From IMG/VR virus record IMGVR_UViG_3300046170_000536: a stretch of 64,000 nucleotides of DNA, one strand, 5' to 3'. Below the pieces are notes generated by a model that was not told the origin of the DNA, made no database searches, and saw only the letters and a program-made list of their open reading frames with translations. Source of the DNA: an uncultured virus (IMG/VR IMGVR_UViG_3300046170_000536). Lineage: Duplodnaviria > Heunggongvirae > Uroviricota > Caudoviricetes. Each line of letters opens with the position of its first letter. Positions within the stretch are counted from its first letter, which is position 1. Position numbers and translations under genes: made by a program. This document shows positions 54,195 through 64,000 of this stretch, in pieces.

Positions 54195-54229
54195 ATTTTT
54201 CAGGAGGAAAAAAATGTAGAACATATGCA

Positions 54230-54904
54230 ATGCATAGGATACTCTGCGGGGATGCCGGGGTTCTCCTGAAGAAAGTCCCGAACGAGAGCGTCGACCTGGT
54301 GCACACGGACCCTCCCTACCGAGACTACAAGTCCAAGTGGACCGAAGGGAGGAAGAAGATCTCAAAGGGAGCGTTCGACTTTGCCACTTTGCTCAAAGAC
54401 ATCGACAGGGTTCTCAAGGACAGCCGTCACTTCTACATCTGGTGCGACTCGAGGACCTATCCAGAGCTCTTCGTGGCTCTTCAAAATCACAAGACGTTAA
54501 AGTTCCGGAACCTACTTGTATGGGTGAAGAACACGCATGGTCCCGGAGACTGGAGGTCCTCTTACGCACCACAGCATGAGTTGTGTGTATTTGGCTGCAA
54601 AGGCAAGTCCAGGGATTTCTTCAACTACAGGCGCCCGGATGTGCTTTTCATGAGGGATGAGAACAAGCGCATCCATTTCCACTCACGCACGGACCCTGAC
54701 AAAGGAGGCCACCCCACCGTCAAGCCCATCGATATCATCACTGACTTTATACAGAGGTCGACAAAGGAGGGGGAGACGGTGCTCGATCCATACGCTGGGT
54801 CATTTTCGACCGCCAAGGCGGCGAAGAAGACCAACCGGAGATCCATATCCTTCGAGATTGATTCGGAATACTGCAGGCAGGCTCATCTCAATCTGAAGAA
54901 GTGA
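54230..54904 (+). CDS. DNA N4-cytosine/N6-adenine methyltransferase (beta class)
   Basis: SVDLVHTDPPY precedes HPTVKP and VLDPYAGSFST. Confidence 0.92.
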   Translation: MHRILCGDAGVLLKKVPNESVDLVHTDPPYRDYKSKWTEGRKKISKGAFDFATLLKDIDRVLKDSRHFYIWCDSRTYPELFVALQNHKTLKFRNLLVWVKNTHGPGDWRSSYAPQHELCVFGCKGKSRDFFNYRRPDVLFMRDENKRIHFHSRTDPDKGGHPTVKPIDIITDFIQRSTKEGETVLDPYAGSFSTAKAAKKTNRRSISFEIDSEYCRQAHLNLKK

Positions 54905-54953
54905 CGAATTGCGTTACGTCTCTTGACCAAAATAATTTTGGTATTTTTGTGTA

Positions 54954-57900
54954 ATGACACGAAGCCTGTTGGGGTCTTCCCTCCCGGAAGCAGTCCCCGT
55001 AGGGCATGCCACGGAGGCTTCGCGAATCGAGCAAGACCGAGTGATCGGCATCACCACCGGGGAGGTCTCCGGGGATGAGATCCAGTCTCTGGGAGGGTTG
55101 GTGGTGAGGTTTTCGAGCACCCTGCAATGGTTGGATGCATCCGACTCCGACAACTCTCCGTACATCATCAGCCCTGGCGAGCAGCTGAACATGCGCTTGA
55201 ATTCGGCACGTGAAGGGAGCAGCACGATCTACACGCTCCAGAACAACGAGATAACCCTGGGCAGCGAGGGAACCTTCTTCGCCAGCTGGTTCCTAAACTC
55301 GAGCAACAAGGACCTCCACCAGTACAGGTCCAGCCTCGTGCTGCGGAAAATATCCGACGGATCCGAGACGGTCTACGACTCCTCCAGACAGGCCGTGCTG
55401 CACGACGTCGCGGTCGGCGACAAGGTATGTGTACGCATTGAATGCACCTCCTCTTCCGTCGTGACCATGGACCCCCGTCAGAGCAGCCTGGTCATCCACA
55501 ACCTGGGAGGAGATAAGGGCGACCCCGGGCCGAAGGGTGACCAGGGAGAGCCTGGCATAGGCCTGGCCGGACCGCGAGGCGTGAGCGGTCCCCTTGGTCA
55601 AACGGGAAACACAGGCACGAGCGGCCCGAGCGGATCCACCGGACCTTCAGGATTGAGAGGCCCCTCCGGAGATATCGGCCCCGTAGGTTTCGGCGCCTCC
55701 GGCCCGCGCGGCATCTCAGGTCCCTTCGGTGTGATGGGAGGCATCCTGTACGACATCAGGCGCGTCGGCGCAACAACCCTGCTCAACAACGCGGAGGCTC
55801 CCGAGAGTCTCAGCCTTCTCCGCGGGCATCTCTACGCCTTCCGCTCCGACGAGCCGCTCAGCATTGTCAAGGATGCTCAGCCCTTCGTCAACAGCGTCGT
55901 CTACCGGTCGCTTTACGACAGGAGGATCTACCACCTCCCCACCGGCAGCACGGAGCCGGTGTACAACCCCGATACGGTGACATCGGGCGTTCTCTTTTTC
56001 CAGATTCCCGACTTTGAACAAGTCGACATCGTGTCCGGGGACATCTGGGCCGTCGAGGGCACGTTCCCCACACCGGAGGCTTTCCACCTGGAGCAGGGCT
56101 CTCACGAGCTGTCGTGGGCGGGCGCCAGCTCTGAGGCTGGGTCGCTCGTGTTCTGGGCCTCTGCCGCCCTAACGCTTGACCTGGGGTTTGCCGAGTTCAT
56201 CTACGACAACGAGGAGGCGGCACTGTCCTGTCAGAGTTGGAAACGATCTGATGCGCATCACTGTGGATCTCACCGACGGCCAGGAGCACATGGTTGGCCT
56301 GGTGTGGGCTCCCGACTCGGTCGCGTTCTACGTGGATCTGGAGCAGCCCCAGAGCGTCCCCAGACAACCCCAGACTTACCAGAGCATCGGCTCCATCCCG
56401 GTGGATGCGTCAAAGGCCCACAGCTTCTCCGTTTCCCTGACGGAGGCTGAGGTGCTGAGCCTGCATGCGCACTACGTCTACGGGGGCTCCGACCCTCTCC
56501 AGGGCATTTCCCTCAACGGGCTCCCGATCGTCTTCGACGACTACCGTTTTGTCTCGGGCCCTGTTGGTACTCGCGGGCCCACGGGTCCAATTGGCTTGCA
56601 GGGAGAGGTCGGAGTCGGTGTGTCCGGTCCCACGGGCATCTCCATCTCAGGTCCTTCCGGGCCGGTTGGTCTGCAAGGGATACAGGGACCTGTAGGTCAA
56701 CAAGGGCCTCGAGGAGAGCAAGGCTTGAGAGGTTTTGTGGGAGATGTCGGGCCATCAGGCCCCCAAGGACTTCAAGGTTTGCAAGGAGTCCAGGGAGACA
56801 GAGGGAATGCCGGCCCGCGTGGGGTAAGTGGCCCCTCTGGCGATCAAGGCATCCAGGGACAGGTTGGAGTCTCTGGCCCTGGAGGGATTCAAGGGGAGAT
56901 AGGGGCCTCTGGCCCTCAGGGGATTCAAGGGGAGATTGGAGTCTCAGGCCCTCAGGGAAGCGTCGGTGTCCAAGGCTTGCAAGGTGTCCAAGGAGAGATC
57001 GGGGTATCGGGGCCTCTTGGTCCACCTGGCGTGAGAGGCGATCCCGCCAATACGTACATATTCTCTGGCACCCTGGACCGGAGACCTGAGCGCCGACACT
57101 GCCTTTTGCAACTTGGATGTTGCGGAGGTTCCCACCACCCACGAAAGCCTGTTTATCTTGCACCCGGGTGGGGGCTTGCAGGTTGCTGGCGGCGTGACGA
57201 CTCGGGTGTTCATCGAGGTGCGCGTGACCGTCGCCCAGGCCGGCTACCCGGGCGTCCTCTCCGTGCATGCGGGGGACGCGGGGCTCTCTCTGTCCAACAC
57301 GCTCCGAGCGGTGAGCTTTGTGGATACCACCTCTGGCGAGTCTACAGCTGTCCTGACCATGTCCGAGACACTCGCTGCAGGTCAGCGCCTTCGCTTCTGT
57401 GTCCGGAGCCTTCAAGTGCTGCTCAACCTCCCTCAGCTTGGTGGTCAGAGCCGCCTGGAGGCGTTCACAACAACCATGGCTGGTCACACGGGCGAGAAGG
57501 GCGCTACCGGCATCCAGGGAGTTGCGGGAGTCCCCGGTCCCGCCGGCTCAACAGGCGTAGGTGTGTCGGGCCCAAGTGGCGGCGCAGGGTTGCAGGGAAT
57601 CCCGGGAGTTTCAGGCCCATCAGGTAGCTCTGGTGATGCTGGTGAACGCGGACCCTCTGGAGAAATGGGTGTGAGTGGCCCCCAAGGAGAATCGACAGTT
57701 GGTCCGAGCGGCCCAGTCGGGCCTCCGGGCGAATGCGGCGACTGCGGTGATCAGGGAACCCCGGGAGTTTCAGGCCCTGCCGGTCTCGGAGACCGCGGGG
57801 ACTTCGGCCCTCCCGGCGCTGACAAGGTGTTCGCTCTGAGCATCGTCGAGCCGGTGGAGTTTGCGCTGAGCCCTCAGCACCCCGACTCGGCCTACCCCCC

Positions 57901-60900
57901 TTCCGAGGCGTCTCCTTACCCGGGGTCGCGCTACGCCCTGAACCACCCGGCCACCCCGGTGTCGCCCGCCGACTCCATGTTTGCCATCTTCAGCTCCGAC
58001 CTCGTCAACGAGGAGGCCCACCGCGCCTTCGTCCCGGTCACCGAGGCTGACGGCGAGCGTAGCCACGTGGGGGGCTTCTCGGCGCCGGCGTCGGACCCCG
58101 CCCCGTTCATCGGTGTGGACTTCGGGACCCCGGTTTCCGTGCAGAGGGTGCGGGTGTATGCGGTCAGCCTGCCCGACTCGACGCAGTTTGGCCAGGACAA
58201 CGGCCGCAGCGCAACCGACGCCGCGGTGCAGTACTGGGACGTCGACAACCAGGAGTTCCGTGATGCGCTGTCGAGCACCGGGCCCCCTCCTCGGGACGAG
58301 CGACGTCGAGGTGGTGACGCCTTACTACTCGACCGCCTGGCGCCTGCTCGTGAAGGGGAAGACGGAGGCGACCCAGCCCACGAGCTTCCCCAGTGTGGAG
58401 TTCTTCGGGTACGCGGATCGGCGTCGCATCCAGTGCTCGGTGGATGTGGTCTACACGAGCGGGGTGTACCGCTTCGACACGTCCAGCGTCACCGCTGCCG
58501 ACCCCATCGCCGTGACCGACGTCGCCTCCCGAGGTGCCGACGGCGCTGAGCGTCCCCCCAAAGATGCTCGCCAGCATGTCGCAGACTCCTCTCCGACGCG
58601 GCGACTACGTCGGTGGCCTCAGGGCTGGTCATCCCGGTATCCTTCGAGGCTCAGGAGGAGTACACGGCGGCGCTCGGGGTGTACCTCGGCGTGGCCACCG
58701 ACGGCAAGCCCATCATCACCCTCCCCTCAGGGGCACACGGCGACCGACGGAGTGGTGGTGTACGAGGGGCCGGGAGTGCTACACAGAGCTTCCCGTGCTG
58801 GACTCGGCCGGCATCCTGGGCTGGGCGGTGGACGGCGCGCCCATCTACGGCAACCAGGGGTTTGCCGCGACGGACCGTCACCTGGACGTGGATGCGAGCT
58901 TCGAGGTGACCACCGAGTCCTTCATCGAGCATCCCCAGGATGTGTATTACCCCCAGACCAACCTGGCGCTCCGGCTCAGCCTCCGGGAGAGCTCGCCGCT
59001 GCTCGCCTCTGCCAGGGGCGTCCTTCACCAAGGACGGCCTCCGGATGGGCCCGACGCTGGGGGCGCAGCTCAAGAGCCCAAGCGCCGTAGCCCTCAGGAC
59101 CAACCAGCCGTTCACGGTCACCTTCTGGCTGGATATCACCATCCCCGGGAGTGGGGACTTCCTGCTGATAGGCTCTGACCAGGGAATGACGATGAGGGTC
59201 GAGGGGGGCACCTTTGTTGTGAGCGCCGGCAACGCCCCAGTCCACGAGGTTCCCTTCGAGGAGGGCTTCCACCACCACGCCGTGTCGTACGACTGGCCAG
59301 GACTCTCGCTACTACATCGATGGTGTCCTGCGCAGCACGGACAGCGGGCCGGTCTACTACTTCAGCTCGGTGTACTCCACTATGCAACACTTCCAGATTG
59401 GCTCCAACACCTACACCTCCTCGCAGGCAAACAGCCCGACGGGGACCATGGCCGAGCTCATGGTGTGGACCGGCTCGCTGGCCGCCTCCACCAGTCGCCT
59501 CCATATTCGCAAGCAGCCCTCCGGTGACGCGCGTCCTGCTTGACTCTCATCAGGTCACCGGGACCCTCGGTCTGCTCAAGGGGCGGAGCTTCACCTTCTC
59601 GAGCCTTGACAATCTGGTCCTGAAGACCCCATGACGTCATGGCCACGGGCGACACGGTTGTGTTCGCCGGGGACGACACCTCCCCGGGGGCTATCACCCT
59701 GGAGGTTGACGGGGGCGGCGAGCTGACGCTGGACGTTCGCGACCGCTCGGAGATTGTGTTCCCGTTCCTGAGCGACTCGTCCCTTGGCGTAAGGACACTC
59801 CTCAGCCGCAGCCAGACGAGCTTGGTGAACTGTGACCTTGGACGTGGCGGGCGGCATCATGTCGGCCACCCCGGAGTACCCGGAGGGCGTCTATCACTAC
59901 GTGGGCATTCCCAAGAGGTTCAGAGGCACTCAGGTGGACCAGAGCAGCCCCCCAAGCCTCCCGTTCGCCTCGAGCGAGCCCCGGGTGGTGGCCGGAGCCG
60001 ACCCCTCGCCGGCCGCGCAGTTCTCCGGGAACACTTCGGCCGAGGGGGGTTTGCTCGGCTCTCACGGTGTCCGCAGCGCCCTGGTGCTGTTCCCTTCGCC
60101 CTCGATGGCCGGAGAGGAGCTGTGCCTGAGATCCATCTACGACCCCTTCGTCGCACACAAGCTGACGGTCCTGCAAGGCCCAGACCCCGAGGTTGGCGGC
60201 GTGAGCGGTCCGATGGGGCCGTCCACCCGGGGTCCGAGTGGACCGCCAGGCATCCAAGGGATCGTCGGGCCCGTCAGGCGTCGGCCCGAGCGGCCCCGCT
60301 GGGGCTACGGGGCAGCAAGGGACACAGGGTATACAGGGTGATCCTGGCCAGTCCATCGTGGGACCGTCAGGTCCGATCGGAGCAATCGGCGCACAGGGAC
60401 CTGCGGGTCCGAGCGGAGCGGCCGGTGAGTCGCTTGGGTTTCAGGCGTTTACTGTCGCTCCCTCGTCCTCTGGCATCAACCGCTTCGACGAGAACTACCG
60501 CACGACCAAGGCGGGCACCTACGTCAAGCTCCGCTTCGGGGTGCCCAAGGTGGCGGGCCTCCTGAGTACATCGGACTTTGTGCACTACACCGTCGAGAAG
60601 GGGGGGAAAGGTGCTGGTGCACGCGGTGGTGTCTGCCGTCTCTGACCAGAACCTGAGCTACACCCGTTGCGCTCTTCCGCATGGATCCCTCAGACCCTAC
60701 GGAGGTCCTCACCAACGACGAGGACGCCGCGCAGATCCGGCACTCCACCACCGTGTCCAGTGGGCCGGTCGGAGACGACAGCCTGAGGAGAGGCCAGCGC
60801 TGTGATGAGCTTCATCCTCGATGTGGTTCAGGGAGAGATATACACTCTGGCGATAATCACGCAGGACTTTGACCCGGCAGCCACCCTGAGCGCTGACATC

Positions 60901-63900
60901 ATCTCGTCATCCTTCGGGATGCACCTGATCAATAGCGCTGGGCCCGCGGGAATCCAGGGCCCAACCGGGCCTGCAGGAGCTCAAGGTGTGCAGGGAGAGT
61001 CTATACAGGGAGAACAGGGCGTGTCAGGACCGGCGGGAGCTCAGGGCCCAAGCGGACCGGCTGGAACTTCTGGTCAACAGGGAGAAGCAGGCCCTCAAGG
61101 TGTTCCAGGTCAAAGCATCACCGGACCAGCAGGAGAACAAGGATCCCCTGGTAACACTGGACCTACAGGACCCAGCGGGCCCAGGGGTTTGTTTGTCAGC
61201 GGTCCGGTGGGACCTTCAGGAGCACAAGGTTTGCAAGGCAACCCTGGTCCGGTAGGTTCGCAGGGCGTCTCGGGGCCGGACGGTGTTCAGGGAGTCTCTG
61301 GTCCTGACGGTTCTCAAGGTGTTTCCGGTCCAAACGGCGCTCAGGGTGTTTCTGGACCAGAAGGTTCCCAAGGTGTCCAAGGAGTTCCGGGAGCCTTAGG
61401 CCCGAGCGGAAGTGTCGGACCATCTGGTCCATCAGGAGATACCGGAGCTGCCGGGAAGAACTCCACCGGTGGTGGCGTGTGTGTGGTTTCACGCTACGTG
61501 GTTGGGAGCGACGTCTCCGACCGGGAGTTTTCGGTGTCGAACGGTCAGCTGCTGCTCTCCGGCGAGGACATCTTCGGCAACGAGCTCGGCCCCCTGCTGG
61601 ACCGTGTGTTTGACAGCCTCGTGCAGATTACACAGGATGGAAACGGAGGGGACGTCTTCCAGATTGGGCGCATCTTCAACCCGGTGGCGGTGCGTGAGAA
61701 CACCATCCCGGTGTCCGACATCCTGGCGAGCCTTGGGGCGTTCGGCAGTTCCAGTGCCCCGGCCTTGCTTGCAGAGGTTGGCTCCCACCAGGTTGTTGTC
61801 GGTGACGATGTGAGCTTCGGCTTTGGTTCCAACACCTTCCGCTTCTCGGTGCAGCACATGGACGTCACGTCGAGCACCGCCTGCACAGCCGACCTGGAGC
61901 TCCGAACGGCAAATGGCGATGTCCTCTACTCCGGGTCGGTCTCCCTGACTGCCGGAGTCCCGAGCAGGGTCACCGTCGGGATGTCCGAGTCATTCGTCTC
62001 CGGACTTGTCCTGGAGGTGAGCAGCCTGTCGGCCCCCGAGGCTTCCCTAAGCAGGGTGGTGTTCTCCGGCTTCCGGGAGGATGGTTACATCACCCGCAAG
62101 GTGACCTACAACTACGTGCAGCTCACCGGGAGCCTTTTGATGGCCAACAATACCGACTACATCATCAGCCTGACTCATGCTGGGCCGAGCGGGCCTGCTG
62201 GAACGGGCGGAGCCGCCGGTGTCTCCGGGCCTCGGGGGGGAGCAAGGGTTGCAGGGCTTGCAGGGTATCGCCGGCGTGTCAGGACCAGCTGGAGGCGTTG
62301 GCTTGCAGGGAGATCCCGGGATCCAGGGGTTGCAGGGGGTATCAGGCCCAAGTGGCGACATTGGAGCTGATGGGCAGGCCGGGCAGTCGATCACCGGTCC
62401 ATCTGGCCCCCGAGGCGACCCCGGCACGGCTTCGGTGTACGCGAGCTTGATGTTCTCCCCGAGGAGTTTCTCTACAAACACACCTGATGCATTCACGGAG
62501 GACCCGGTGGAGCTGGAGAAGCTAATCTGCGAGGTGGAGGACACGTTCTTCATCCACTCCGATGGGGACGTCCTGGTCAACGGTGACAACTTAGGGAGAC
62601 GAGGAATAGTCCTTCTAACAGTGGGCGCAGAGGTACAGTCTACGGGGACGTTCATCGAGCTCTTCACACTCCGGGGAGGAGAACAAGGGCCCACAGGGCC
62701 CCCAAGGTGCGTCAGGTGCGTCTGTTGCTGGCCCTCCAGGCCCTCAGGGAAATGATGGCATCCAAGGGCTACCGGGATGCACAAGGCAGTGCGGGGCCCT
62801 CAAGGGTTGCAGGGGCCTGCAGGGAACGGTAGGCCCGAGCGGCCCGCAGGGAAATTCTATTCAGGGAGAAATCGGACCGTCGGGTCCTGTTGGTTCTCAG
62901 GGAGGTCGCGGGTTGCAAGGTGTGTCTGGCCCGGAGGGGTTGCAAGGGAGTGTCGGTCCTCGCGGTCAGGCTGCCGTTTCTCGCCTGTTGTACGTTGCAT
63001 ACCAAGGTCAGTACACCCTGAAAGACGCAATTGGGTGTGGATGTGACCACTCTGTACGTTGGGTATGCATATCGCTTTGACCTCTCCGGCGTGCCAGAGA
63101 CCGACGCCGTGTATTTCCTTCAGGCTAACGGACACGAGTCCTTCAACTCGGCCACTGTAACGGCTGGAGACGTGACTGCCGGGTATGGCGGGGGCTCTCT
63201 CACCATCTACATAACCCCCGAGCTGACCAAGGTGACCCTGAAGAATGCATTCAGCCCCGATGTGTTCACGGATATCTCCGTCTCCACGGGCATCGATCCC
63301 TCTCTGGTGGGTGTGTCTGGCCCCCAGGGCGACAGCATTGTGGGACCGCAGGGCATCTCAGGTCCGTCAGGAGCACAGGGCGAAAGTATCGTAGGCCCAA
63401 GCGGACCCCAGGGAGACCAAGGGATCCAGGGACAGACCGTCGTGGGCCCGAGCGGACCTACGGGCGGGGTTGGCGAGCGAGGGCCGAGCGGACCCTTTGT
63501 GTCGGGCCCGCGCGGTTTGCCCGGGTTGGGTGTGTCCGGTCCGGCAGGTACCTTGGGTGGGCCGGCGTCCTTCGTGTACACCTACGTCCACAACGTGCTA
63601 AGCCTTCAGCCGTCGGCCGGGTGCGTGAGCGTCAACTCTAACTTTTCCATGCAGGTGTCCCTCATCGCGGTGAGCACGCTCAGCAACACCGCCCAGAACG
63701 TTGACGGCCTCTTGTCCGTCCTCCGCAAGGACTCCCTGGTAAGAGTCTCGTCTCAGACCTATCCCGAGCAGTTTGTTCTGCTGCGCCTGGATGGCATGGG
63801 CACTTACGGGGGCACCTTTGTCTCCTTCCCTTGCGTGGCGCTGAGCCGGGGCGTGGACACCCTGAGCTCTCTGGACGCCACCCCCGTCGTTCTGGACTTC

Positions 63901-64000
63901 AATATGCCTGGCGTCGGGCCCAGCGGCTTGCAAGGAGTCTCTGGCCCCACAGGAACACCAGGTACGCCAGGTACGGTTGGTTCTCTCGGCCCGAGCGGAC
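54954..64000 (+). CDS. giant collagen-like surface/fibre protein with interspersed globular domains (cupredoxin-like, LamG, discoidin-like, split YHYH); frameshifted, runs off the window
   Basis: Repeated G-X-Y blocks (GPSG/GVSGP/GxQG) at ~55510, 56560, 57480, 60200, 60940, 62180, 62700, 63310 and 63910, separated by beta-rich domains. Confidence 0.8.

Noticed and set aside
1261..64000. Many frameshifts read as programmed frameshifting, phase variation or mass pseudogenisation
   Set aside because: They are single-base indels, often in G/C homopolymers, scattered across unrelated genes whose motifs are otherwise intact. Long-read error is the simplest explanation; raw reads are needed to exclude real decay.
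1..64000. Bacterial or prophage origin
   Set aside because: The mRNA-capping triphosphatase, NCLDV-type families and tiny AT-rich intergenics without evident Shine-Dalgarno motifs point to a giant virus. An endogenised copy cannot be excluded.

Overview
A gene-dense, GC-rich fragment of a giant DNA virus genome (Nucleocytoviricota), most likely an algal virus. This rests on motif recognition only: a stand-alone CYTH RNA triphosphatase, a D6/D11-type SF2 helicase, a DUF5901-like penton/minor capsid protein, a DUF5824/DUF5771-like protein, EsV-1-7 repeats, an ELIP-like light-harvesting-family gene, and very short AT-rich intergenics. About 29 kb encodes four large putative virion-surface proteins built from FN3, beta-propeller, LamG, cupredoxin-like, YHYH and collagen modules. 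Many genes are split by single-base frameshifts, often in homopolymers, most simply long-read errors, so joined coordinates are approximate. The rest includes three DNA amino-methyltransferases, two paralogous HNH/NUMOD endonucleases, AlkB and a second 2OG-Fe(II) oxygenase, NADAR, two glycosyltransferases, a thermonuclease, a metallophosphoesterase and a kinase. The most notable observations are: (1) a nuclease with eight zinc-finger-like repeats that vary at fixed positions; (2) surface proteins with an intact blue-copper ligand set and split or degenerate YHYH domains; (3) a divergent viral ELIP with an AAAATTGA motif upstream; (4) several genes bracketed by duplicated fragments of neighbouring gene ends. 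No database searches were run; all family calls are by eye.
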